From: Lytechinus pictus
Taxonomy: Eukaryota
Reading direction: 5' to 3'
Length of the DNA: 60,976 nucleotides
NCBI RefSeq assembly: GCF_037042905.1
Contig: NC_087252.1
Coordinates: 4,340,001-4,400,976, forward strand
Below are positions 12,929 to 24,194 of the stretch, piece after piece. The position numbers and the translations under genes were made by a program. Position 1 is the stretch's first letter; the number at the start of each line of letters is the position of its first letter. The notes beneath the pieces were generated by a model. That model was not told the DNA's origin. It saw nothing but the letters and a program-made list of their open reading frames with translations, and did no database searches.

Positions 12929-12994
12929 GCCGCCGCCGCCGTCGCCGTCGGAAAAGCGGCGCCTATAGTCTCACTCTGCTATGCAGGTGAGACA
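12000..12994 (-). mobile_element. Helentron/Helitron2-type non-autonomous element (HINE/DINE-like) with internal tandem repeats
   Basis: Asymmetric inverted repeats GTCTCACCTGCAT (12021-12033) / ATGCAGGTGAGAC (12981-12993) and a terminal hairpin. About five 160-190-bp repeats containing TGACCTTTGACCTT, and (GCC)n at ~12892-12950. No TSD; removal restores the LINE frame PLLHIFNLSLQ. Confidence 0.75.
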
Positions 12995-13458
12995 ATATGA
13001 AGCAGAGGATCAGCAAGAGAATGTATAAGGTTATTCACAACTCTATTTGTAATGCCATCATAACCGGGAGTCTTTTATGCTTTCAAATTAAATACAATCT
13101 CAAGTAATTCTTCTCTATGAACTGGAGTAAGAAATATTGAACTATCATTTTGTTTATCCAAAAAGTCCTTAAACGAATTTTCTACAGGCATAATATTTCT
13201 AGCTAACTTTGGTCCAATTTGAGAGAAAAAATGTATTAAATTCATTTGCTATAGAATGAGTATCTTCAACCATATTTCCATCTACACATAATTTATTAAC
13301 AGCACTAGATTTGTTAATTTTGTTTAGGGCCCCATTTATTGTTTTCCATGTATTTTTAAGGTCGTTTTTATATGATTGTAATTTTTCTGTATAAAACCTC
13401 TTTTTTGCTATTCGGAGAGTAGTTGTTAAGATATTTCATAAGACGTGTATCTATTCCG

Positions 13459-14739
13459 TTAAGTATCATTTGGAATTGATATACAAGAAACATACAGATT
13501 ATTTTTCCGATTGATATACCTTAATATCGATTTTGAAACCCATGGGAGCTTTGGAACACGTTTATAATCGTAATTTCGATATATCTTTAAAGGAACACAT
13601 GAATCTAAGCAGTCATTGAGAGATTTCAAAAATATGTCAAATGAGTCATCGACATTCTCTTTCGAGTTATAAACGTCAGACCAATCAACAGAGCTTAAAT
13701 CTTCTTGGAGACGTTCAATAGTTTTATCACTAAAGTTGCGACAGATTCTATATTTCTTATCCATTTTTGCGAATGATTGCATTGTTTGGATATGGGTAAA
13801 AATAATAAAATGATCAGATATGTCTGTCGTAACAATACCAGCTTTCGGAAGAGGATGAGAGTTACAGAATATATTATCTATAAGCGTAGCAGAATGATCA
13901 GTAATACGGGTTGGTCTAGAAATAATAGGCAAAAAAGTAGAAGTTAACATTAATTCAAGGAAATCATTTGTTAAAGAGTGATTACTAGTCAAGAGATTAA
14001 TATTGAAATCACCAGTGATGATACAATTGTTATTAATTAATTCTCCGTTTTGCAAAAGTTCATTAGTAGCAAGTAAAAAATCTTCTATACAAGAAGTTTG
14101 AGGAGGTCTGTAAATGACACCTATTAGAATTTTCTTAGCTTTTTGAATTTTTACTTCTACAAATAAGGATTCAATGATATCATTCATATATTCAAATTCA
14201 TGTCTAATTGCATAATCAAATGAAGACGGAATATATAATGCTATTCCACCTCCAATTTTATTTTTCCTATTGTTTATAACAATATCATAATTCGGGAGGG
14301 TGCATAAGGAATTCGGTGTTTCCGTGAACCAAGTTTCAGTAAGAGCAATGATTGGGGGATTGGCAAACTGTGTATTTTCTAATAATAATCGTAATTTCTC
14401 AAAGTTTTGGTTAGCGCTTCTTATATTCAAATGCAAAATAAAAACATCATCTTCTCCAATCAATTTAGCATAGTCTTTGAATGAATTTTCTGTATAATAT
14501 GGAGACGAGGAAAGATTGTATGCTTTATCATGAATATCGAATTCAACTTGAAGTTCATCAAAATTATTAGTAAGAATGTCAGTAGAAAATCTATCAAATG
14601 GAGTATGATGATTTGAGATAATATTGCTTTTATCTTGATGATTTAGTAATAAGAAATCATCATTATTCAGATGATAAAAGGGGAAATCACGCATATTATC
14701 CACCATTATGAAATAGAATATATTGCCATTTAAAAACAA
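13459..14739 (-). pseudogene. LINE ORF2 N-terminus, apurinic-like (APE) endonuclease
   Basis: LHLNIRS, IIALTETW, GVIYRPP, ITGDFNINL, LIDNIF and SDHF motifs. Confidence 0.9.
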
Positions 14740-15087
14740 AATCTTTGTAAGCTAGGCATATGAAGCATCTTTTAGATTTGATACCATCATGACCCAAAAT
14801 TCGAGTTTGGAAAATACTGCAGTTGTAATATTTAACAAAATAAAGATTATTTAATACAATTATTAACGATCGATGAAGAATATTTGCACACAAAAATAAG
14901 GAAAATGACCTCCATAAAATGTCTGGTAATGAAACATTATTTAAAGGGCAGTGAAAGAATGCAATATATACCACGGAAAATAACACAGATATTGATCGAT
15001 GCGAAAAATTTTGTGACAAGAATTTCATAATAAATGAAAAGAATACTGGAAAATCAAATAAAATGGAATGGATGAAGGATAGGCCTA

Positions 15088-15533
15088 CTACAGCTTGGAA
15101 AAGTCCTCTCTAGAATGAATGATGATGGGTTGACACTTCTCATCCTTCCTTACAAAAATTCGGCCATTCTGGGTCCACAGGAACTTGTATCCGGCATCTC
15201 GGCGGGCCTTGTTGAGATCGTTCATTAGCTCCTTAGTGGAAGCGATCAGGTTTTCATTGAGGTAGATCTTGCCATCGCCGTTGTATCCAAGATCCTTTGT
15301 GCTGAGGGTCTTCAGCTTCCTTCTCCCATCATACATGATGTTCCGAGCACGTCTTGTGGTGAATCGCACGATGATCGGACGGGCTTTGTTGTCAGCTTGG
15401 CGCTTGGAAGCTGCAAGCTCAGGGCTGATGTGTTTTGCGATATTTAACACGATCTTTTCAGGAACCTCTCCCGGTCGTTCTGGTACACCTGCCACTTCCA
15501 AGTTGACTCTCCTGTGGTACTGGTCAAGATCGT
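15088..15533 (-). pseudogene. LINE ORF1 C-terminal part (RRM/CTD type)
   Basis: LDQYHRRVNLEVAGVPE, RPIIVRF, IYLNENL, YKFLWTQNGRIFVRK; lies upstream of the APE ORF on the same strand. Confidence 0.8.
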
Positions 15534-16986
15534 TAATGCTTTGTCTATCTGCTTCCTGGCAGCATAGGAAACAGGGGCTGCTTTATAGAACTTGGGTCAT
15601 TGTTCTCTTCTTGAGGATACACTTTGGCCTGGCATCCTATCAGTTTTCCAACTGAACTATCATCAAACAACTCTGCATGCTTTTTTAATCCATCTTGCAT
15701 AACATCTTGCAAATTATGCATACTGCTGGGGCTTGCTTCTTGTGCAATATGGTTGGCTAACTGTGCTAACAGTTGTGGATACTTCTGTAACCAATCTCTT
15801 CCAATTAGGCTGGCACCTCTTTGGACAACAACTAGCTTCAGTTTGTCCGGCTTCATCTGTGTTTCAAGCTGAACATCAACTGTGGCTTCACCAGAAATAT
15901 CTAATTTTCCTTCTGTATAGGACTTGAGTCTAATGTTACAAGAAGTTAGCTTGGAATCCTTGCTGATTCTACTGTACACTGCCTTTGAAACAATAGACCA
16001 TGGACTTCCAGTATCAATTTCGAGCTCGACTTCTGCGCCATTCACTATCACAGTAGTCATGTATGGATCAGAATTTGATAATTTGTAAATCGATTCGTCT
16101 TCCAAATGATCCGTTTTTCCGTCTTCGGAGTTTGATGCAGACTCTTCATCATCTAGTGATGTGCTTTCTTTGAAGATTGTGTTTTCTTTTGATAGAATTT
16201 CTGCTGGTAGGCTTTTACTAGTTCACACTGGCTCTTCGTGTGACCAGTTTTGGAACATTTGTAGCATTGTTCGTCGCGAAATTTACAAGTCGCTGGCTCA
16301 TGGCTGCTACCACCACATCTCCAACATCTCTTTGGGCTTGGAGTAGAACGCTTGTCCTTGGACTTTACCGTCTTTGCTGGAGTCCTATTCTGCGGTTCAG
16401 CGGTCACCTTCCTTTGAAGTTTATGAACCGATGTAGGATCATCATGTGGCTTTTGTATCTGCTTGATCTGTTCCACATCTTGCTTAGCTACTTCCATTGC
16501 TGTCGCAATGTTGACTGCTTTTTCAAAAGTCAACTGGGGCATTCCCAATAGCTTTCGTTGTATGTTGACATCTGAACATCCTACTACTAGTCTGTCTCTC
16601 AGCATATTATCAAGTTCTTTGAAGTTGCAACCATCGCTAAGCTGTCTGAGCTTTGCTAAGAACTGAGGGATTGTTTCATTTGTTTGCTGAGTGCATGTGT
16701 AACACCTGTATCTTTGTACGATTTCTGTAGGCTTTGGCGAATATTGTGTAGTCAGTGCATCTTTACATTGCTTGTATGTTTTAGCTAATGGCTTATCTGG
16801 CTGTAACAGTGCTCGAAGGGTGTGATAACCTTTGCTACCTAATCCTGTTAAGAACAATGCTTTTTGCTTTTCATCTAATTTTATGTCATTAGAAGCGAAC
16901 CATGCTTCTAAGACTTCGGTCCATTCTTCAAATGTATAACCAGAATCTAACTGGGGGGCATTCCCAATAACTTGATTAGCCATCAT
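15534..16986 (-). pseudogene. Gypsy A gag and aspartic protease
   Basis: Gag with LRDRLVVG and two CCHC knuckles (CWRCGGSSHEPATC, CYKCSKTGHTKSQC); protease EIDTGS...LIGRDWL. Frameshifts near 16155 and 15597 break what looks like a single gag-pol ORF. Confidence 0.9.
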
Positions 16987-17918
16987 GGGTACTTAACTAG
17001 TACTTACACTTAACTGAATTACAACATAGGCTGTAGGTATGTACTGTAAAATACTTCTACTAGACCTGCATAGGCTTAGTCTATATTTAACTAGACCTGG
17101 TCTTAAGACTACACTCTTGCAATATGGCTATAATTCACACTCAATAACTCAAAATCCGTGTGCAACAAGACTATGAATTTCTGTACAACATGCACTCTAG
17201 TTTCATACAAAATTAAAGGGCTGCTGTATTTATAGGGCTAGACCAATGTTACTGTACACTATTTGGTCCTAGGCTTTCATCACTAGTGATCAATGCACAC
17301 TCCTGGTACCTATTGATCACTCCATTAATCAAACAAGTCCTGGTCCTGTTAATATTGGACTAAATTCTTTTAGTTCTTGGTCCTAGCAAGTTAGACCAAC
17401 TTAAATGTATTCCTGGTCCTAGCAACTGGACCAAAACTAGTAGTGTATATATATCTAGACTAACTCTTCAGGTCTCAAGGTTCAAACTTAGGTGTAGGTC
17501 CTGGACCTTATTAATACTCGGGCTATGTAAGTTAGACTAGCTAAATAGACTAAAGGCTATAGATCTACCATGGCAATGGACTTAGACATCTTTTGATAAT
17601 CGGCAACATTAATCATGTACCAAAAGCTTACCATTTGTCACCTTACTTTAGGCACTGGGGCTGTAAATGCTTGTGTTGGCTCACCTGCAATCAATGCTTG
17701 TTTTAGCACAATAGCATTACAATTCAATGGTAACTTAAATACATTTCATCAATTTTATGCATCAAATATCAAGCATAAAAAACTGAGTTCAAGGTCTTTA
17801 CACTGAGTCCATTTTCAGTTATCAAGTCTAGAGACTTATTTGCTTGCGAAGTTTCAGTTTCAATGTTTTATCCATTCATTGTGTAACTGTTCTGAGGCTG
17901 AGCTTGATTCGTCCTTCA

Positions 17919-18240
17919 GGCTTGGCTGGACCTGGGCTGGACCGGGCAGGGTCATGGGCTATGCGAGGCTTGGCAGGGCTGGACCGGGCAGGGTCTTACT
18001 CATGGGCTGTGTGAGGCTTGGCAGGGCCTGGCGGCTGGGCTGGACCGGGCAGGGTCACTAGCAGTGCGAGACTTGGCTTCGAACTGGCGGTTGGGCTAGG
18101 TCGCATCTGCACTGGAGCAAGGCTGGGCTGGGTTAGGCTGAGACTGGACCAACAATGGGCTGGGCTAGGCTGCGACTGGTCCTGTACTGATCAGGCTGGA
18201 CCAAAAGTTCATAAACAGATGCTAGGGCTTGGGCTGTGTA
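17919..18240 (+). repeat. G-rich GGGCT / GGGCTGGACCGGGCAGGGTC tandem-like repeats in the Gypsy A 5' leader
   Basis: Three near-identical GGGCTGGACCGGGCAGGGTC units and many GGGCT/AGGCT pentamers. Confidence 0.7.
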
Positions 18241-18606
18241 GAGACTACAGTTCTTGGGCTTTGCTGGTTCCAAATAGGCCAAATTCTACACCGGAACTAG
18301 GCTTCAGTCTAGACTGTTTGCTATAGTCCTGATCTAATTCAAATGGCTGACAAGTGTAAATTATGGTTTAGCCACCTATTCTGACTGTGGCTCACAGCTG
18401 CATAGCGTCCATAATACACCACTACATGTGACTTATTACTGCATAGCGTCCATACACATATTTTCATACCTGGGACTGTAGACAGATATGGCACTGACTG
18501 AATCACACAAAATTGTTTCACAATCCAAAATTGCAATCCATCCACATCCACTATTTTCCTGGGGCTCAGGCAAAATTATTCAAATACAGTTGATCCCTAG
18601 CATATC

Positions 18607-19533
18607 TAGCCTCTTGTCGAGGCCCTGTCGGCTGCTTTCCGAGCGAACATGGCAAAGCAAGGGAGAGAGCGAAGCAGAGCGCCTCGAGACAGGGCCTCTT
18701 GACATCTGACCCGAATTTCACCGACTTTCTTTTGTTTTTTATTGTTTTTACCAATTCACCGACCAAAAACTGGTCGGTGAAAATCATCAAATGAGAGCGC
18801 GAGCTACTATGACGTCATATTAAATATTCATGAGCTCATATTGAATGGCGACCCTTGGATTATTGGCGAGGAGTGACGACGAAATATCAAAGAGCGCTGA
18901 ATATGACTCTAAAATGCTGAATATTGACCGATTTAATGATTTGCAAGTCGATGAAATTAACTCTGCACTGAAAGGACGAGATGTCTTTGTAAATCTACCC
19001 ACAGGATATGGAAAAAATGTAATATTTCATGCGATTCCACCGGTCGAACCGGGGCGTCGATTATCGATCTCCGCTGTGCAGTGCAGTGAGGGAAGCTGGG
19101 GTGGAGTTGCTGGGAGTTGACTCGAGTCTGACCAGCGGCTGAGCAGTATCTCCCGGGAAGTTTCGGGGCGGTGATGGGTCTGTTACGGCCAGTAGTAGTA
19201 GTAGTAGTACCACTACTTAGTACTTGTAGCATTTTGCTGGTTATATCCCCTTTAGTGTCCCGCAATTAAATGAATCCCCTGCAGAATAATGGACTACTAT
19301 ACTATATAGTATTCCGAACCCAAAACGAAACAGCTCTGACATTTCATTGGTTTACTCGGTGACCGGTAATATCATGACTCATGTATATTCATTAGGAAGA
19401 CGTTCCTCATGAATATATAATTCAGTTCAGATGTCAAGAGGCCCTGGCTCGCGCCAGGCCTAATTCGCTTCGCGAATTAGGGAATCCCTCGCTTCGCTCG
19501 GGAAGCAGCCGCCAGGGCCTCGACAAGAGGCTA
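18607..19533 (+). mobile_element. Non-autonomous AcademH-like DNA transposon retaining a RecQ-type helicase fragment
   Basis: TIRs TAGCCTCTTGTCGAGGCCCTG.../...CAGGGCCTCGACAAGAGGCTA; 9-bp TSD TAGCATATC (18598-18606, 19534-19542). ORF 18845-19120 contains LKGRDVFVNLPTGYGK (SF2/RecQ motif I). Confidence 0.75.
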
Positions 19534-19548
19534 TAGCATATCCCGCAT

Positions 19549-19558
19549 CTCGTCGCCA
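19549..19558 (-). other. Primer-binding site of Gypsy A (tRNA-Ser(GCU)-like)
   Basis: Minus strand TGGCGACGAG(ATGCGGGAT), 5 nt inside the LTR end. Confidence 0.75.
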
Positions 19559-19563
19559 AATTT

Positions 19564-19805
19564 TGTTATGTTTTGGGGTTCATCCAGCCTAATAATGACA
19601 AATAAAAGTCTCCAGTTTTGCTTAACTCAAAATGTCTGTTGACTCTTTATTGCTCCTTCATTGTACAGTCTCTCTGTGTGTGTTGTACAATCTCCACTTA
19701 TGCATGTGTATACATAATACAGATTCATACATGTTGCTAGTCTGTACATGCAGACCTTATTACACATTTATGTTATTCTTTACATTCAAACCTTCATATA
19801 TAACA
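19564..19805 (-). repeat. 5' LTR of Gypsy A
   Basis: TGTTA...TAACA termini, next to the PBS and abutting L2 sequence. The partner LTR is outside the window. Confidence 0.7.
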
Positions 19806-20435
19806 TGGGTGGTATCGAATAAGCTGAAACTGAACCAAGCCAAATTGAGCTTGTAATATTTGCTTCAAAGGTCCATCAGCGTCTGCTGAAGAACTTTACA
19901 CTAACCTTACATGATAACACTGAGCTGAAGCCATCACCAAATCTTCGCATCCTTGGAGTCGTTTTTGACAATCTCATGCTGCTGGATGATCATGTTCCGA
20001 AAGATATCAGGAATGTTGAATATCAAATCCGTAATCTAAGCAGAATCAGGAAATACTAGTACCTGGATGAACACTCTGCGCATGCTGCTGTTCGTGCCCT
20101 GGTTCTGTAACGTCTAGACTATTGCAACAGTCTTTCCAGCACTACAACTAAGAACATCCATCTTCTTCAGCTGCTCCAAAACCATTCTGCTCGTCGTATC
20201 TTTTGTCAGCCCAAGAATACTCACACCTCACCAGTACTTGACTGATCTGACTACATGTACAACAAAGACCCCAGTTTAAGACTGCTACACTCTTAACGAT
20301 AATTTGCCCTCATATCTGTGTGATTTTATTCCTGTAAATCAATCTAGTTTTCATCTAAGATCTAATGTCAATAAAGTTATCCCTATCCACAGATGTTGAA
20401 CCAATGCTGGCAAGCGGGCATTCCTAGCCACTGCC
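19806..20435 (+). mobile_element. Old L2-type LINE RT/C-terminal fragment
   Basis: Degenerate translation SNKLKLNQAK, IRNLSRIRKY, RALVL*RLDYCNSL, GKRAF, with many stops and frameshifts. Confidence 0.7.
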
Positions 20436-21005
20436 CCTGGGGGCCACTTACATTGACGAGTGGATACCATACGCGACCAAAAAAAAACACGTAAAAAGGA
20501 TGTCTTTTTAAAGATAGGGAACGTTACGTACGTAACGTAATAAGTGTGTCAAAAACACCAGAATAATGAAAAAAGGGTATCTTTTTCGCTAGGAAAGCTA
20601 CGTGTTTAGGGTCAAATTTGCGAGGGTATAAACAGTCAAGGCTAAAATGTTTTATAAAGGATGTACTTTTTGCCCCAGGAGTCAACACCTACGTGTTTAG
20701 GGTACGATTTGCGCGAGTTGAGCTGTACTAAAACCAAATGATGTAGGTAAAGGTAAAACCGACGACCGACGTATTAGAAATATCGCTCTACTTGTTTAGG
20801 GGTTCAATTCAGGGAATACTTGCCAATAGTATCGTTTTGTTTCCAATACTTGTTAAGGGTAGGTTTTCACACGCCGGTTCATACGCCAATACTTGTTAAG
20901 GGGCATTTTCAGAATATGGAAAATACGTGTTTAGGGTGCTTTTGAAATATCATGGTCTCGCATGGTATCCACGCGTGAATGGAAGTGCCCCCCCCCCCCC
21001 CCGGG
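20435..21005. mobile_element. Non-autonomous TIR DNA element with CCC(T/G)GGGG termini and internal TACGTGTTTAGGG repeats
   Basis: ~45-bp imperfect TIRs (GGGCCACTTACATTGACGAGTGGATACCAT / ATGGTATCCACGCGTGAATGGAAGTGCCC). CCACTGC(C) is repeated on both flanks; about six internal TAC(G/T)TGTT(T)AGGG motifs. Confidence 0.7.
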
Positions 21006-21269
21006 CCACTGCCACAGAGCATATGACAGTTTGTTTTTTTAAAACGCAGTATCAGTCAATATATTTAAGAAAAGTCTTTTAAAAAGTCTTTTAGAAAGTC
21101 TATTCCAATAACGCATGATTGCCAGTATTGGTCTTTCAATATTCTTCAATTTTCATTCACATTTATGTATATGTTTATGTCTATATGTTTCATTAATGTG
21201 TTACAGGTTTGTTATGACAACACAATGAGGCAGTGGAATATTTAGTATGTTATTTCAGTAGACACTAGT

Positions 21270-23442
21270 GGGCGATTCCTCACTAGAACTTCAAAAATAT
21301 CATAAATTTCAACATGCTTTCAATAAGTCATAAGTAGTGTAATATTGTATTATGATACCTAAATTTTAGGAAAATAATGAGTTTTAACCAAAAGTGAAGT
21401 CAGATATAGTTTTTTTTTTTGGGGGGGGGGACAATGGAATTCTCAATTTTCAAGAATTTTGCTAATTAAATAGTCAAGTACAAACACTGCCTGAAACCAT
21501 TATTGGCAAAGCACGAGAAGATTGAAAATATTGCAGGACAATGGATAATGTATCATTGATGGTTCCAAATAATATCTTCAACATTTTCATGGTCCATAAT
21601 AGGGGCAGCCCTGATTTTTCTAAACCTATTTTTGGCAATGCCCCGTACAACGCATTGAAATGCAAAAGTTTTCCCTACAATTTTATTTTTGATGATGCAG
21701 TCTCACAATATCAGTTTCTCTATCTTTGACCCATGGGTGATCGATTTATCCCATAAGGATCTAATTACTGCCCTTCATTTTTCAATAATTGTCCTATTAA
21801 AAGTTGTCTCGTACGACACAGTGTGTGTCGTATGGGACATGTCCCGTACGACACACAATATATACTGCATTTGATTGCAGGATTTGGAATCAGAAACTAT
21901 AAATAGTAGGCCTATTTTAATTTAAGTAATTGATTCGACATAAAGTGAACTGAAAAAGTATTTTTTTATCACCATAGAACATGAAATAGGTGATTCTAAC
22001 CATTTTAATTGACTTCATGTACATGATGTAGGCGAATTTGTGAATCCCTTCAGCTAAACTGGTGATTTTCACTGGTCAGAGTAGGTTATTTTCTTTGTTA
22101 TTGAAGATGAAAAGAAAACCTTTATAATTGCTTCACCCTAGCCTGGAAATGAATGTGAAATTATTATAAGATGTAAAAAAATATATATATTTACATATCA
22201 ATCATCTATTTGGACCTCCCTTGATGATCATTATTTTTTTACATACAGTATTGAAACTCCTTACTTTTTTCAAGTTCTAAAAAAAATCTGCAAAATAAGA
22301 CAAACCATGTTTTTCCAAAAAAAATCTGAAAAATAAGACAAACCATATGGTTTCATGAAATGCAGAAAGGTTTGAAAAAGTAGAATCGTATTTCTTTAGA
22401 AAAAAATATTTTGTGGAATTACAAGTGACAGTTGTGACATATCATGTATATATACATTTTATATGAAAAATCATAACATTTTAGCCCCATAATTTACACA
22501 AGCAGTTTCATTCATTCATTGTTTAAATAGTGTATTGGAAATCATAAATTAATTCACTAAATCTCAATTCACACAAACCTCAAGTTTTTCAGCTCGTAAA
22601 AATGCTGTGAACCATTGTACATTTCCCATCATGAAAAGAATGACAATATATTTCTCTCGATTGTATATATAATAGATAGAATGGGGCTTCTTAATTACAT
22701 AGTCCTGAATGACTACTTATTAAGGGTTTTCATTAAAAAAGAAGAATTTAGGGGCAATGCTCCCCTTCTGATTGATAAAAAGTTTATTGTTTTATTCAGG
22801 CTGTCCAGTACAACACGCAAGTGCTTGTTCAACACACAAGTGTCCCGTACGACACGTTATTTTGTTTATGATATATTGACAGAAATATTCAGCCAGTAGC
22901 GGTTTCTAACATAATGAATGTCTTTAGTTTGATAGGGTAATCATTATCATCAGCCAATTTAAGTGATTGAAGAAATCAAAGAGACACAAAGTAGGAAAGT
23001 TTGGCTTCAATTTAGAGATGTCCCGTACGACACATTTTGAGTGTCCCGTACGCCACAATGTTCTCGAAAATTGTAATTTATTTTGCTTTATTTATTCATG
23101 AATGTTTATTTTGCTTTCTTTCATAGATGTGTTTGTTCTTGGGTAATTGAATATCAATTTGAGTTCAGTTTCTATGAAAATTATCTGTCCAACTCACATA
23201 CTTTAGAGTACAAACTTGAGGTTTCTAAATAACCACTTTTTATGCGTCCCGTACGACACATTACTATTTTAAATCTGTATTATACAGGATGTGAATTCAA
23301 GTCATGTTAAGTCTTAGTTTTCCTAACACCTTGGCAGTACTTGATGATCACCTTTAGTTACTGGAATATATTTTTGTTTTTCTTGTCAAAAAAACTGTCA
23401 AATGTTCTCTAAATGTCCCGTACGACACGTATGGAATCACCC
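21270..23442. mobile_element. Non-autonomous DNA transposon, Sola2-like (GGG termini, 4-bp TSD)
   Basis: TAGT|GGGCGATTCC...GGAATCACCC|TAGT, with about nine copies of TGTCCCGTACGACAC. Confidence 0.6.
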
Positions 23443-23619
23443 TAGTGATATCTGCCAAGTATAAGGACAATTGGATGTACAATATATTGATTGATGATAA
23501 TCTATTATGTTTTACACAGTTAAAAAATAGCACGTTGTTTAAGCCTGTCACTAAAAACAATTACAAAACAGTTTAAACAACCTGTTGTTAGAGTGACAGC
23601 GTTTTTACAGTGTATGTGT

Positions 23620-24194
23620 ATGTTGTTAATTATTATATTTATGCTATCAATTATACTGAGGTCAAGCGAACTTCAAGAAGAAATGAGAATGGTCTTGTGA
23701 TAGATAAGACTCAAAGTTCTAGAAGATTGGAAATTGAAACAAAAGGCTGAGAGATCTTTTAGGGATATCAGAACCTGAAAATTTCAGCGCACATAATCAT
23801 GATAATTGCAGATCGATAGACTTTACCTTCTTAAGGAATTCAACATTAATGTATGTAGAATTGTTCTCATCGCATTAACAAACTGTTTGCAACCATTTTA
23901 GTTCTAAACAAGAGCATCAACCTGTTATGGAGAAGATTCTTTAATCAATGAATTGCTGAAATCAACTGTTTATCATATAATCATCATCAACTTTAATTTG
24001 CCTTCATGGACATTTCAGCTCACTACAGTGACTGTGATCTCCCATGGTATTTCAAAATGACTTCCCATCGTGGCCCTCATTTTGGACCCTTCATTCTTCA
24101 ACTTACCCGCTGATTCATTTGTTTTAATAATAAAAGAGAATCATAAAATTTTATCATATCATCTCTGTTATTATGGTGCTTCTGTATCGTAATA
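23620..24194 (+). mobile_element. Diverged solo LTR related to the Gypsy B LTR (left boundary approximate)
   Basis: Colinear similarity to the Gypsy B LTR (CATCAACCTGTT, ATTGCTGAA, AATCATCATCAAC, GGACATTT..ACAGTGACT) and an ending GTATCGTAATA versus GTATCGTAACA. Confidence 0.6.

Larger units (their letters stand above)
1541..15533 (-). mobile_element. CR1/L2-group non-LTR retrotransposon (5'-truncated within ORF1), disrupted by later insertions
   Basis: ORF1 C-terminus 15088-15533. ORF2 APE endonuclease 13459-14739; RT pieces 13000-13459 and 10934-12000 (NYRPISLL, FLDFSKAFDT, GIPQGSILGP, LFADD); C-terminus 1948-2305. (AAAT)n 3' tail at 1541-1560. TAAT is present at both junctions (1537-1540, 15534-15537). 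Confidence 0.9.
1..19805 (-). mobile_element. Gypsy/Ty3 LTR retrotransposon A (Mag/K02A2.6-like, gag-PR-RT-RH-IN order), degenerate, split by later insertions; 3' part runs off the window start
   Basis: 5' LTR 19564-19805, PBS 19549-19558, gag 16153-16986, protease 15545-16105, RT/RNase H 1-1540. Removing 1541-15537 rejoins the pol frame as ...RKQIDKA-LDSLLEDGIIKPV... Confidence 0.9.

Noticed and set aside
18018-18326. Gly/Trp/Arg-rich ORFs
   Set aside because: Translation of GGGCT repeats in the retroelement leader.
18845-19120. Host RecQ helicase gene
   Set aside because: Only motif I is present, inside TIRs and a TSD; no further helicase exons were seen.
21805-23428. CRISPR-like recurrence of TGTCCCGTACGACAC
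   Set aside because: Irregular spacing (tens to ~1000 bp), both orientations, only 15 bp, eukaryotic context and no cas genes. Explained as TE subterminal motifs.
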